Source: Steroidobacteraceae bacterium (lineage in GTDB: Bacteria > Pseudomonadota > Gammaproteobacteria > Steroidobacterales > Steroidobacteraceae). Taken from it: 41,087 nucleotides of DNA. Positions 15,654-25,026 of this stretch are shown piece by piece (the stretch's first letter is position 1; every line of letters starts with the position of its first letter). The stretch spans positions 1 to 41,087 of the forward strand of contig DATBPG010000033.1 of the NCBI GenBank assembly GCA_036561485.1. The letters are read 5' to 3'. Position numbers and translations under genes: made by a program. The notes under the pieces are model-generated. The model saw only the letters and a list, made by a program, of their open reading frames with translations, ran no database searches and had not been told where the DNA came from.

Positions 15654-16464
15654 CGGGTGAGGCGGCCGGCTGATCGAGATTGATCGCGGTCAGGGACCCT
15701 CCCCAGACACAGCCGGTATCCAGTCCGAGCAGCCCAGGGGCGCGGTACAGTCCGAGCGCCGACCAGTGGCCGAAGATGATGCGCGCCCCTTCGCTGGCAC
15801 GCCCGGGGGCTTTGAACCACGGAATCCAGGGCGCGTCGGCCGACTCGGGACTGCCCTTGTGCTTCAGATCGATCTGTCCCTCGGCGGTGCAGAAGCGCAG
15901 CCGCGTCAGCACGTTCACGATGAAGCGCAGCCGCGCCATGCCGCGCAGGTCCGGCTTCCAGCGCTCGGGCCGATCCCCGTACATATGCGAGAGCAGACGG
16001 CGCGGATTGCTCTGCAGGGCCTGCTCGACCTCGGCCGCGAGCGCCAGGGTCTCATCGATGCTCCACTGTGGCACGAGCCCCGCATGCAGCAGCAGATCGG
16101 CGCCTGCGCGCTCGGGCGCGCCGCCGGCGGCGGCACACACGGCCAGCGGACGGTGCAGCAGCCACTCGATCAGGCTGTCACGGTCGGGCGCGGCGAGCAC
16201 CTCGCTGAGCGTGTCGCTGCGCCGTTGGCGCGCGCCCGTCAACGCCACCGCGAGCAGATGCAGATCGTGATTGCCGAGCACGCACACGGCCGCATCGCCG
16301 AGGCCGCGGATGCGCCGCAGGACCTGCAGCGAGCGCGGTCCGCGATTGACCAGGTCTCCGACCAGCCACAGCCGGTCCCGGCTGCTCGCGAAAGCGATGC
16401 GATCGAGCAGCTCCTCGAGCTCCTCGCCGCAGCCCTGGATATCTCCGATCGCCCAGCGCGCCAT
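15613..16464 (-). CDS. apaH: Bis(5'-nucleosyl)-tetraphosphatase, symmetrical (ApaH)
   Basis: Metallophosphatase motifs GDIQGC, GDLVNRGP and GNHD are present, and the gene sits in the apaG-apaH context. Confidence 0.9.
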   Translation of the reverse strand: MARWAIGDIQGCGEELEELLDRIAFASSRDRLWLVGDLVNRGPRSLQVLRRIRGLGDAAVCVLGNHDLHLLAVALTGARQRRSDTLSEVLAAPDRDSLIEWLLHRPLAVCAAAGGAPERAGADLLLHAGLVPQWSIDETLALAAEVEQALQSNPRRLLSHMYGDRPERWKPDLRGMARLRFIVNVLTRLRFCTAEGQIDLKHKGSPESADAPWIPWFKAPGRASEGARIIFGHWSALGLYRAPGLLGLDTGCVWGGSLTAINLDQPAASPVSVASRQPRSSEG

Positions 16465-16488
16465 GGTGTTCTGCGCCGTGGGTGCGCT

Positions 16489-16875
16489 TTAGTGCAGCAT
16501 GCCGGGAATGGCCAGGCGAAAGGCGGCGATGGGCGCATCGAACTGCGCGCCGTCGTCGGCGATCATCTGGTAGCTGCCCTGCATGGTTCCCACCGGCGTC
16601 TCCAGTGACGCGGCACTCGAGTAACGAAAGCCCTCGCCGGGCTGCAGATGCGGCTGCTCGCCGACCACGCCCGGACCCTTCACTTCCTGCACCTGGCCGT
16701 TGGCGTCGGTGATGATCCAGTGTCGCGTCAGGAGCCTCGCAGGCACGGCGCCCTCGTTGCGGATGGTGATGGTGTAGGCGAAGACATAACGATGCTCGCG
16801 CGGCTCGGACTGGTGCTCGAGGTAGGTCGTCTGCACCTCCACGCGGATGTTGTACTTCTCGTCGGCCACGCTCAC
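16489..16875 (-). CDS. apaG: ApaG (DUF525) protein
   Basis: Family-typical sequence: YVFAYTITIRNEGAVPARLLTRHWIITDANGQVQEVKGPGVVGEQP. The GTG start forms a GTGA overlap with the usp stop. Confidence 0.9.
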   Translation of the reverse strand: MSVADEKYNIRVEVQTTYLEHQSEPREHRYVFAYTITIRNEGAVPARLLTRHWIITDANGQVQEVKGPGVVGEQPHLQPGEGFRYSSAASLETPVGTMQGSYQMIADDGAQFDAPIAAFRLAIPGMLH

Positions 16876-17297
16876 ACGCGAACCGCCAGCACGTCGCAGG
16901 GCGCGCCGTGCAGCACTGAATTCTCCGTGCGGTGCACGAGCAGCGAGAGCCCATGGCGCTCGCGGCAGCCGATGACGATCAGGTCGCTGTGCTGCTCGCG
17001 CGCCTGCCGCAGGATCTCGGCCTTGACGTTGCCGGTCTCCACACGCGCCACCTCGGGCGGCAGGCCGAGCTCGCGCGCCAGAGCGCCGATCTGCTCACGG
17101 GCACGCGCCATCATCTGGTCGTCGATCTGTACCACCGGCACGAGCGAGTCGCTCATCGGCTCGATCGGCACGAATTCGACCACATGCAGCAGCCGCAGTA
17201 CGGCCTCGGGCGCGGCGAGCTGCCGGGCGCGCGTGCCGACGGCATGACTGTCCTGCGAGAGATCGACGGCTACCAGGATGCGGCGATAGGCGCTCAT
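16872..17297 (-). CDS. Universal stress protein (UspA family)
   Basis: Trimmed to the ATG at 17297 (MSAYRRILVAVDLSQDS). The C-terminal nucleotide-binding style region is DLIVIGCRERHGLSLLVHRTENSVLHGAPCDVLAV. Confidence 0.85.
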   Translation of the reverse strand: MSAYRRILVAVDLSQDSHAVGTRARQLAAPEAVLRLLHVVEFVPIEPMSDSLVPVVQIDDQMMARAREQIGALARELGLPPEVARVETGNVKAEILRQAREQHSDLIVIGCRERHGLSLLVHRTENSVLHGAPCDVLAVRV

Positions 17298-17337
17298 GGG
17301 ATTCCTCGGCGCTTGCCGGATGCCGGCCCGCAAGCGC

Positions 17338-18144
17338 TTAGTGAATCACAGCGCCGGGTGCCGGCGCCAGCGGGGCGGCCTGCTGCGCGGCGCGGGCGAG
17401 GGTCGCGAACTGCGCCGGTGAGAGCTGCTCGGCGCGAGCCCCCGGATCGAGCCCGGCGGCGCTGATCTGCGCGGCATCCAGATATTCACGCAGGGCGTTG
17501 CGCAGGGTCTTGCGCCGCTGCGCGAAGGCGGCGGCGACGACGGCGCCATACAGTGGTGGCGGCGGGGGTGCATCGAGCGCGCGCAGGCGCACGACGGTGG
17601 AGGTCACGCGCGGCGGGGGCTGAAAGGCGCCGGCGCCCACATCCAGCACGCGCTCGGCGCCGAGCCGAGGGGCCAGCATGACGCCCAGGCGACCATAGGC
17701 ATCGCTGCCGGGGCTCGCAAGGATGCGATCGGCGACTTCCCGCTGCAGCATGAAGTGCATGTCGTCGATGACGTCGATACAGTCGAGCAGTCGAAACAGC
17801 AGCGGCGTGGAAATATTGTAGGGCAGGTTGCCGATGAGACGCAGACGCCTGCCGCGCCCGGCGGCGAGTGCGCGCCAGTCGAACTGCAGCACATCGCTCT
17901 CATGCAGTGTCAGGCCGCTGTCCGCTGCGAACCGTTCGCGCAGCAGCGCGGCCAGGTCGCGGTCGATCTCGACGGCATCGAGATGGCCGGCTGCCTGGAG
18001 CAGAGCGCCGGTCAGTGCGCCGCGTCCCGGGCCGATCTCCACTGCTGCCTCGCCAGGCTGCAGGCGCACGGCCGCCACGATGCGCGCGATCACCGCGGGA
18101 TCATGCAGGAAATGCTGGCCGAAGCGCTTGCGGGCGCGGATCAC
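17338..18144 (-). CDS. rsmA: 16S rRNA (adenine1518/1519-N6)-dimethyltransferase RsmA/KsgA
   Basis: Contains KRFGQHFL, the SAM motif VEIGPGRGALT and NLPYNISTP. The GTG start forms a GTGA overlap with the pdxA stop. Confidence 0.9.
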   Translation of the reverse strand: MIRARKRFGQHFLHDPAVIARIVAAVRLQPGEAAVEIGPGRGALTGALLQAAGHLDAVEIDRDLAALLRERFAADSGLTLHESDVLQFDWRALAAGRGRRLRLIGNLPYNISTPLLFRLLDCIDVIDDMHFMLQREVADRILASPGSDAYGRLGVMLAPRLGAERVLDVGAGAFQPPPRVTSTVVRLRALDAPPPPPLYGAVVAAAFAQRRKTLRNALREYLDAAQISAAGLDPGARAEQLSPAQFATLARAAQQAAPLAPAPGAVIH

Positions 18145-19271
18145 GAGCGGCGGGCAGCCGCCGGAAGGCTGGCCGCGGGCGCACCCGTGGACGCACCCAT
18201 CGACGCTGCCGCGCGCGTCTGCGGCGCTGTCCGATGGGCCATCTGTGCGGCCAGATCGATTGCGGCGATGAGGCTGCCGGCGTCGGCCTCGCCGCTGCCT
18301 GCCAGCGCGAGTGCCGTGCCGTGATCGACCGAGGTGCGCACGATGGGCAGTCCCAGCGTCACGTTGACCGCCTGTCCGAAACCGGCGTGCTTGAGCACCG
18401 GCAGACCCTGATCGTGATACATGGCCAATACGACGTCGCAGCGCTCGAGCTGGCGGGGCACGAACAGCGTATCGGCCGGCAGCGGCCCCTCGACGGTCAG
18501 GCCCGCGGCACGCGCGCGCTCGATCGCCGGGGCAATGGTGGTGATCTCCTCATCCCCGAGATGACCCGCCTCGCCGGCATGGGGATTGAGCCCGCAGACA
18601 GCAATGCGCGGGTTTGGCAGCGCAAAGTAGCGGCGCAGGGCCTCGTCGAGGATCTGCAGCGTCTGCTGCAGCGTCGGGATATTGAGCGCCGCGCTCACGG
18701 CGCGCAGCGGCAGGTGGGTCGTCGCCAGCGCGACGCGCAGCGTGCCGGCGGTGAGCATCATGACCGGCAGCGCTCTGCCCGTCAGAGCGGCGATGTGCTC
18801 GGTGTGACCGCTGAAGGCAACGCCGGCGTCATTGATGAGCGACTTCTGCACCGGTGCGGTCACCATGGCGGCGAACTCACCCTGCTGGCAGCCCCTCACC
18901 GCGCGCTCGATGAGCTGCAGTACCTGCGCGGCATTGCGCACATCCAGTCGCCCCGGCTGCGAGCTCACCGGCAGCGGCTGGTGCAGCACCGTCAGGGTGC
19001 CCGGCTCGCGGCTGACGCTCTCGCCCGGCCGATAGTCCTGCAGGCGGATCGACAGTCCGAGCAGCTGCGCGCGGGCGGCGAGCTGCTCACGGTCGGCGAG
19101 GCATACCAGCGCTGCGGCGTGCGGGCGCGCCGCAGCGGCCAGGCACAGGTCCGGGCCAATGCCGGCAGGCTCCCCGGCCGTCAGCGCGATCGGCGCGCAG
19201 GCCCGATCAGAGCTGCTGCTTGACGTAGGCGCCGTCCTTGAGCTGCTGCAGCCACTGCTCCGTCGCCTCAT
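18141..19271 (-). CDS. pdxA: 4-hydroxythreonine-4-phosphate dehydrogenase PdxA (start uncertain)
   Basis: Conserved N-terminal motif IALTAGEPAGIGPDL, plus HTEH and HGTA regions. The only in-frame ATG/GTG/TTG upstream of the motif is the ATG at 19271, which is 65 nt inside surA. Confidence 0.8.
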   Translation of the reverse strand: MRRRSSGCSSSRTAPTSSSSSDRACAPIALTAGEPAGIGPDLCLAAAARPHAAALVCLADREQLAARAQLLGLSIRLQDYRPGESVSREPGTLTVLHQPLPVSSQPGRLDVRNAAQVLQLIERAVRGCQQGEFAAMVTAPVQKSLINDAGVAFSGHTEHIAALTGRALPVMMLTAGTLRVALATTHLPLRAVSAALNIPTLQQTLQILDEALRRYFALPNPRIAVCGLNPHAGEAGHLGDEEITTIAPAIERARAAGLTVEGPLPADTLFVPRQLERCDVVLAMYHDQGLPVLKHAGFGQAVNVTLGLPIVRTSVDHGTALALAGSGEADAGSLIAAIDLAAQMAHRTAPQTRAAASMGASTGAPAASLPAAARRS

Positions 19272-20562
19272 CGATGCGGCTGTTGCGCAGCGCATCGAAC
19301 GCGCGCTCACGCTCGGCATCCTTGGTATTGTCGAAGTCGCGCCGCCCGAGCATCTGCACGATGTGCCAGCCGAACTGGGTATGAAAGGGCTGGCTGATCT
19401 CACCATCCTTGAGCGTGGCGGCGACGGCGGAGAAGGTGGGGTCGAAGGCTGACAGCTCGCTCCAGCCCAGATCCCCGCCATTGACGGCCGAGCCGGGGTC
19501 CTGCGAGCTGGTGCGGGCCAGTACGGCGAAGTCTTCCTTGCCGGAGAGCACCTGTTCACGCATGTGCGAGAGCTTCTGCTGCACGGTGGCATCGTCGACC
19601 AGCTCGGTCGGCTTCATCAGGATGTGACGCAGATGCACCTGCTGCACGATCTGCTGGCCGCCCGCGGCGCGTCGTGCATTGAGCTTGACGATGTGAAAGC
19701 CGGTCGAGCTCTGGATGACGTCGCTGACGGCGCCGGGCTTCAAACGCGCGATCACGTCGGCGAGAAACGTGGGCAGCTCGGTGCCCTTGCGCCACCCGAG
19801 CGCGCCGCCCTGCAGGGCGGTTTCCGCCTGCGAATAGGTCACCGCAAGCTTGGCGAAATCCTCGCCGCGCTTGGCGCGCTCGTCGATGTCGTGCGCCAGC
19901 GCACTGGCGTGTGCAAGCTGATCGGGCGAGGCATCCTGCGCGATCGCGATGAGGATGTTGGCGGCGTTGTACTCGTACAGACCCGAGACGGTATTCTGCT
20001 GATTGGCGATGTACTGATCGAGCTCGCGCGGCGTGATGACGATGCGCTGGACGACTTCCTGCTGCTGCAGAATCTCGCGCGCGATCTCGCGCTTCAGCTG
20101 AGCGCGGTAGTAGGCATAGTCGACGCCGTCCTGCGCCAGACGCGCGGGCAGATCCTCGAAGCTGACGTTCTGCTGCTTCGCGATTTGCTCCAGCGCCGAA
20201 TTGACCTGCTCGTCGGAGACCTTGATGCCGGCCCGGTCGGCACGCTGCGACTCGATCTCCTCGGTGATGAGCTGATCGAGCACCTGCGAGCGCAGCACGT
20301 TCTCGGGTGGCAGCGCGACGCCCTGAGCGCGCAGCCGCCCGCTGATCTGCAGCATCATTGCGTCCAGATCGCTCTGCAAAACCACCCCATCATTGACCAC
20401 CGCGACGATGCGATCGAGCAGCTCGCCCTGATGTGAGAGGTCGGCGGCCCGGGCGGCGCCGAGCGCACCGCCCAGCAGCACTGCCGCGAGCAGGCAGCTT
20501 GCCAGCAGAGGGCGGGCAGGACGGGCGCAGAGGCGACGAGAGGGCCGCGGTTGCGATGACAT
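19207..20562 (-). CDS. surA: Periplasmic chaperone / peptidyl-prolyl isomerase SurA
   Basis: Signal peptide, SurA N-domain, and two parvulin domains (HILI-type regions HLRHILMKP and FHTQFGWHIVQMLGRR). Located in the lptD-surA-pdxA context. Confidence 0.9.
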   Translation of the reverse strand: MSSQPRPSRRLCARPARPLLASCLLAAVLLGGALGAARAADLSHQGELLDRIVAVVNDGVVLQSDLDAMMLQISGRLRAQGVALPPENVLRSQVLDQLITEEIESQRADRAGIKVSDEQVNSALEQIAKQQNVSFEDLPARLAQDGVDYAYYRAQLKREIAREILQQQEVVQRIVITPRELDQYIANQQNTVSGLYEYNAANILIAIAQDASPDQLAHASALAHDIDERAKRGEDFAKLAVTYSQAETALQGGALGWRKGTELPTFLADVIARLKPGAVSDVIQSSTGFHIVKLNARRAAGGQQIVQQVHLRHILMKPTELVDDATVQQKLSHMREQVLSGKEDFAVLARTSSQDPGSAVNGGDLGWSELSAFDPTFSAVAATLKDGEISQPFHTQFGWHIVQMLGRRDFDNTKDAERERAFDALRNSRIDEATEQWLQQLKDGAYVKQQL

Positions 20563-20579
20563 GAGGCAGGCTCCGGCGT

Positions 20580-23168
20580 CTACGGTGAGAGGGGTGTCAC
20601 GGGCGTCGAGGGCACGACAGTCCCGGAATTTGCAGCAGGCAGGCGACCGGGCGCCAGGGGCAAGTATCCCCGAATCGCCTGCTTCAGGAAAGTATCCACC
20701 TGGCTTCCGACATTGGACAGTCCGGTCAGTTCCACCTGCACCAGCGGGCCGCTGTCGCGCTCACCGGTGCGCGTGGCGAGGGAGCTCTGGTAGAGCACAC
20801 GGATCGCCCAGCAGGAGCTGCGATACTGCAGGCCGACGAAGTCCTCGATGAATGAGCGGCTCATGAGCGAGTAGACCGTGCGCGCATACACGTCCCAGCG
20901 CGGCAGCAGCGGCCAGGCGGTCGAGCCGTCGATCTGCTGGTAGAGCCCATGGGCGTACTGATAGGAAAAATTCGCCACCTGCCGGCCATCGACGCGGTAC
21001 TGCAGCTCGGCCTGCACCTCCTGCAGGCGCGTGACGGTGGCGTTGGAGGCAACGTCCAGCATCACGTTCCAATCATGGAACGCTGCGACGTTCACCTGGC
21101 CGATCAGATCCGAGGTATGCGCGCCGAGCTGCTCACCGGGCAGCGTCACCTGTGGCGAGCGCAGATACAGGCTCTGCCCGATGGTGGCGCTGACGTAGCG
21201 CGTGCCGCTCGCCGTGGAGAACAGCTCGCTGGTCAGACCGAGCGTGAACTCATTGGCATCGCCGATGCGGTCCTCGCCGACGTAGCGGTTGGGTCGAAAC
21301 AGCTCGATGAGGTTGGGATCGGGCATGCCGGTGTCGAACAGCGGCAGCTGCTGCTGATCACGCCCGGGGATGTAGACGTACATGACGCGCGGCTGCAGCG
21401 TGACCGTACGCGAGCCATCGCTCGACAGGCGGTCGAAGGTCAGGCCACTGTCCACGGTGATGATCGGCAGATTGCGCGAGGGGTCGGCATCGGCGCTGGC
21501 GCCGGCGTAGGGGGAGCCGGGCGCATAGAGCGGCACCGGCGGGCTGCCGGGCCCGGTCAGCACCACCGGCGCGCCCACGTCACGCAGCTCATACCGGGCA
21601 AAGTCCCAGGCGGCGCTCGGGCGGAAGAAATATCCCGGTCCGGACAGATCCAGTCCGATGTGGGGGGTGACATTCAAACGCCAGCCGTTCACCCACGCGC
21701 CATCGGGAAAGTAGCTGATCAGATTCGCCTGCGTCGTCGAGTCTTCCGCACAGTAGAACGCTGTTCCCGGTGAACCCGACCAGGCCGCCCCCGGCAGCAC
21801 ACACGAGCTGCGCGAGAAATCGACGGCTTCCGAATCAAAACCCGCGCGCAGCCAGGGCAGCCCCCGGGGCGACCAGTTGGCGGCCGCATCCAGCCGCGGG
21901 CTCTCCTCGTAGGGCCGGGCATAGGATGGCAGGGTGTTGTCGATGGTCTGGAAATCCAGCGTCTGCAGATTCACCGTCCAGACGTCATCGCGATGGGTCA
22001 GCGCCAGATTGCGCGGCAGGAAAGCGGTGCTGGTGGCCTCCACGCCCTGACTGAAGTCCTCGAAGTACTCATCGTCGCTGACGCTCTCGACGTCCGCCTG
22101 GAGGCGTGTGTTGGCCGGCAGCTCGAGCCGATCCAGTACGCGCACGAAGCTGCGCTCGGCGCCGTAGTCCCAGTCATGCGGCATGTAATTGCCGTTGAAG
22201 GTGCCGCTGTCGTTGGCGCTGAGGAAGCGGTACTCGGCGCCCGCATCCGCGCCGCGCCCCGAGTAGATCGTCGGGGTGAAGGTCGCGTCCTGATTGGCCG
22301 CAATGTTCCAGTACCACGGCGCTCCGAGGATGGCGCCATCGCGGCTGGAAGAGCCGAAGTTGGGGAACAGAAAGCCGCTGCGGCGCGCATCGCTCAGCGG
22401 GAAGGACAGATACGGCAGATAGAAGAGCGGGACGCCCTGGAAGTCCACGATCGCCCCGCGCGCGACCCCGGCGTTGGCGGCGCTGTCCAGCTGCAGCTGG
22501 CGCGCGCGGATGTCCCAGTCCGCATGCCCGCTCGGGCAGCTGGTGTAGAGCATATTGCGCACGGTCACGACGTCGGTCGGGCTGAGCGTGAGGTCCTGGG
22601 CGCTGCCGTGGCCCGGCCTGCCGAGGAACTGGAACTGCGCGCGGGCGAACTGCCCGCCGCTGTCCCCGTAGTGACCCGAGTCGCCCTGCAGCTGCACCAT
22701 CGAATCGCTGAAGTGCACGTTGCCGCGGATGTTGAAGTCGTTGGTGTTGCGATCGTAAGTGATGCGATCGGCCTGGATCTGCCGGTCCTGCATGCGCACA
22801 TCGGCATGGCCCGAGAGCGTCACGATGCCCTTTTGATCGGCGCTGAGGCTATCGGCGGCGTAGGAGATCGGCCCCTGCGGGCGAGTCTCCCGATTGCCGC
22901 GCAGACGCTGCAGGGGGCCTGCCGGCGGGGGGGCGCTGCCAGGGACAGCCGCCTGCGCGAGCAGCAGCGGCTGTCGCGCGCCCAGGACAGCGGGCGCGTA
23001 ACAGCCGCCGGCGTAGACCGAGGCAGTGCCATTGAACTGGAACTCGGGGCTGGCGCTCACCGACGGGCTGTGCTGTGAAGCTGCCCAGGCTGTCCCCAGG
23101 GGTGCGCAGCAGATCACAACACCGAGCAGGGTGCGCAGAGGCAGGCGGGCAATCATGTGGGGAGTCAT
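20580..23168 (-). CDS. lptD: LPS-assembly outer membrane protein LptD
   Basis: An 862-aa protein with a signal peptide (LGVVICCAPLGTAWA), an OstA-like N-domain and a large beta-barrel sequence. It sits immediately upstream of surA. Confidence 0.9.
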   Translation of the reverse strand: MTPHMIARLPLRTLLGVVICCAPLGTAWAASQHSPSVSASPEFQFNGTASVYAGGCYAPAVLGARQPLLLAQAAVPGSAPPPAGPLQRLRGNRETRPQGPISYAADSLSADQKGIVTLSGHADVRMQDRQIQADRITYDRNTNDFNIRGNVHFSDSMVQLQGDSGHYGDSGGQFARAQFQFLGRPGHGSAQDLTLSPTDVVTVRNMLYTSCPSGHADWDIRARQLQLDSAANAGVARGAIVDFQGVPLFYLPYLSFPLSDARRSGFLFPNFGSSSRDGAILGAPWYWNIAANQDATFTPTIYSGRGADAGAEYRFLSANDSGTFNGNYMPHDWDYGAERSFVRVLDRLELPANTRLQADVESVSDDEYFEDFSQGVEATSTAFLPRNLALTHRDDVWTVNLQTLDFQTIDNTLPSYARPYEESPRLDAAANWSPRGLPWLRAGFDSEAVDFSRSSCVLPGAAWSGSPGTAFYCAEDSTTQANLISYFPDGAWVNGWRLNVTPHIGLDLSGPGYFFRPSAAWDFARYELRDVGAPVVLTGPGSPPVPLYAPGSPYAGASADADPSRNLPIITVDSGLTFDRLSSDGSRTVTLQPRVMYVYIPGRDQQQLPLFDTGMPDPNLIELFRPNRYVGEDRIGDANEFTLGLTSELFSTASGTRYVSATIGQSLYLRSPQVTLPGEQLGAHTSDLIGQVNVAAFHDWNVMLDVASNATVTRLQEVQAELQYRVDGRQVANFSYQYAHGLYQQIDGSTAWPLLPRWDVYARTVYSLMSRSFIEDFVGLQYRSSCWAIRVLYQSSLATRTGERDSGPLVQVELTGLSNVGSQVDTFLKQAIRGYLPLAPGRLPAANSGTVVPSTPVTPLSP

Positions 23169-23174
23169 TATAAT
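23169..23174 (+). promoter_or_regulatory. Perfect TATAAT hexamer in the lptD/amgK divergent spacer (candidate -10 for amgK)
   Basis: Read directly, abutting the lptD start codon. There is no good -35 17 nt upstream (CGGGCA). An 11-bp palindrome ccgatcatcgg follows at 23192-23202. Confidence 0.25.
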
Positions 23175-23224
23175 GACTGCACCGACCTCACCCGATCATC
23201 GGTCGCAATCAAAAACCGCTTGCA

Positions 23225-24292
23225 ATGATTGCCCATTCCGCCGGCCACAGCGCGGTCGGCGCCGACGAGCGCATCGAGCAGCTCAGCGACTGGCTCTGCA
23301 CGGAGCTGCACTTCAGGCTCGTCAGGCTCGAGCCGGCCTCGAGCGATGCCAGCTTCCGCCGCTATTTTCGCGCCTGGCGCGCCGATGGCGCGACGCGGGT
23401 GGTGATGGATGCTCCCCCGGACAAGGAGCCGATCGAGCCCTTTCTGAAGGTCGCAGCGCTTCTGTCGGGCAGCGGCGTGCACGTGCCGCAGGTGGATGCG
23501 GCGGAGCCGCGCCGCGGTTTCGTGCTGCTGGAGGACCTCGGCTCGGTGCTGTACCTGACGCGCCTGCGTGCCGGGGACGACCCCGAGCCCCTGTATGCCG
23601 ACGCGTTGCAGGCGTTGCTGCAAATGCAGGTGGCCTTGCCCGGGGCCTCGAGCCTCGATGCCTATGATCGCGCCGTGCTCGAACGCGAGATGGCCCTGAT
23701 GCCGGAGTGGTTCTGTACCCATCACCTGCAGCTCTCACTCGAGCGCGAGGAGCAGGCGCTGCTGGCGCAGACCTTCGAGCTGCTGAGCACCGAGGCGCTC
23801 GCGCAGCCGCGCGTATTCGTGCACCGTGACTACCACTCACGCAACCTGTTGCTGCTCGATCAGCGCAACCCCGGCATCGTCGACTTTCAGGACGCGCTGT
23901 TCGGCCCGGTGACCTACGATCTGGTGTCACTGCTGAAGGATTGCTACATCGACTGGCCGCGCGAGCGCATCACGCGCTGGGTGGGCGACTATCGCTCGCG
24001 GCTGGCGGCCGCCGGGGGTGCGCCCGGTGCCAGCGAGCAGCAGTTTCTGCGCTGGTTCGACCTCATTGGCCTGCAGCGACACCTCAAGGTCCTGGGCATC
24101 TTCGCACGGCTGTGGTGGCGCGACGGCAAGAGCGGATATCTCGCCGATCTGCCCCGCACACTGCAGTATGTACGCGACGCGGCCGGGCGCTACGCGGAAC
24201 TGGCGGCATTCGCCGCATGGCTCGAGCGGCGCGTGGCCCCGGCCCTCGCGCCGGCCAATGCGCGCGCGCTGCGCCAGGCGGCCGGCGGATGA
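23225..24292 (+). CDS. amgK: N-acetylmuramate/N-acetylglucosamine kinase AmgK (APH-fold kinase)
   Basis: Catalytic loop VHRDYHSRNLLL and metal-binding IVDFQDA. Sits divergent from lptD and followed by murU, as in Pseudomonas. Confidence 0.8.
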   Translation: MIAHSAGHSAVGADERIEQLSDWLCTELHFRLVRLEPASSDASFRRYFRAWRADGATRVVMDAPPDKEPIEPFLKVAALLSGSGVHVPQVDAAEPRRGFVLLEDLGSVLYLTRLRAGDDPEPLYADALQALLQMQVALPGASSLDAYDRAVLEREMALMPEWFCTHHLQLSLEREEQALLAQTFELLSTEALAQPRVFVHRDYHSRNLLLLDQRNPGIVDFQDALFGPVTYDLVSLLKDCYIDWPRERITRWVGDYRSRLAAAGGAPGASEQQFLRWFDLIGLQRHLKVLGIFARLWWRDGKSGYLADLPRTLQYVRDAAGRYAELAAFAAWLERRVAPALAPANARALRQAAGG

Positions 24293-25026
24293 ATGCGAGC
24301 GGGATCACCCACGCCATGCTGCTGGCGGCCGGGCGCGGCGAGCGCATGCGCCCGCTGACCGACACCCTGCCCAAGCCGCTGGCCAGCGTGTGCGGTAAAC
24401 CCCTCATCGTCCATCATCTCGAGAAGCTCGCGCGACTCGGGGTACGCACCGTGGTCATCAATCTGGCCTGGCTCGGGGCGCGGCTGCGCGAGGCGCTCGG
24501 GGACGGTGCGGCCTGGGGGCTGTCGATCCGCTACAGCGATGAGGGCGCGGAGGCGCTCGATGTCGGCGGTGGCATCTTTCGCGCCTTGCCGTGGCTCGGC
24601 GCGGCGCCGTTTCTGGTGGTCAGTGCCGACATCTATACGGACCTGGACTTCGCCACGCTGCACATCGCCGATGAGGCGTGGGCGCAGCTGCTGCTGGTGC
24701 CCAATCCCGCCCACCATCCGCGCGGGGACTTCGAGCTGGTACAGGGGCGCCTGCTCGAGCCGGCCGCCCCACAGGCGCCGCGGCCCTGGACGTACGCGGG
24801 GATCGGGCTGTTTCGCCCCGAGCTGTTCGAGGACTGCCAACCCGGCAAGTTTCCCCTGATGCCTGCGCTGCGCCGCGCGATGGCGCATGGCCGTCTTCAT
24901 GGGCAGACATTTGCGGGGCAATGGAGCAATGTCGGTACCCTCGCGCAGCTTAATGCGCTGCAGGGCCAGACGCCGGGACGACGGGCGGGGGCCGAGGGTT
25001 CGTATAAAATACCATCCGTGCCATGA
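24289..25026 (+). CDS. murU: N-acetylmuramate alpha-1-phosphate uridylyltransferase MurU (nucleotidyltransferase)
   Basis: The ATG at 24289 overlaps the amgK TGA (ATGA). Contains the N-terminal sugar-nucleotidyltransferase motif [23 protein letters not shown]. Confidence 0.8.
   Translation: MNASGITHAMLLAAGRGERMRPLTDTLPKPLASVCGKPLIVHHLEKLARLGVRTVVINLAWLGARLREALGDGAAWGLSIRYSDEGAEALDVGGGIFRALPWLGAAPFLVVSADIYTDLDFATLHIADEAWAQLLLVPNPAHHPRGDFELVQGRLLEPAAPQAPRPWTYAGIGLFRPELFEDCQPGKFPLMPALRRAMAHGRLHGQTFAGQWSNVGTLAQLNALQGQTPGRRAGAEGSYKIPSVP

Noticed and set aside
21993-23078. A 361-aa plus-strand ORF antisense to lptD, and the similar 38068..39483 ORF antisense to dacC
   Set aside because: These are the same compositional artefact, and the opposite strands encode unmistakable LptD and PBP5-type proteins.
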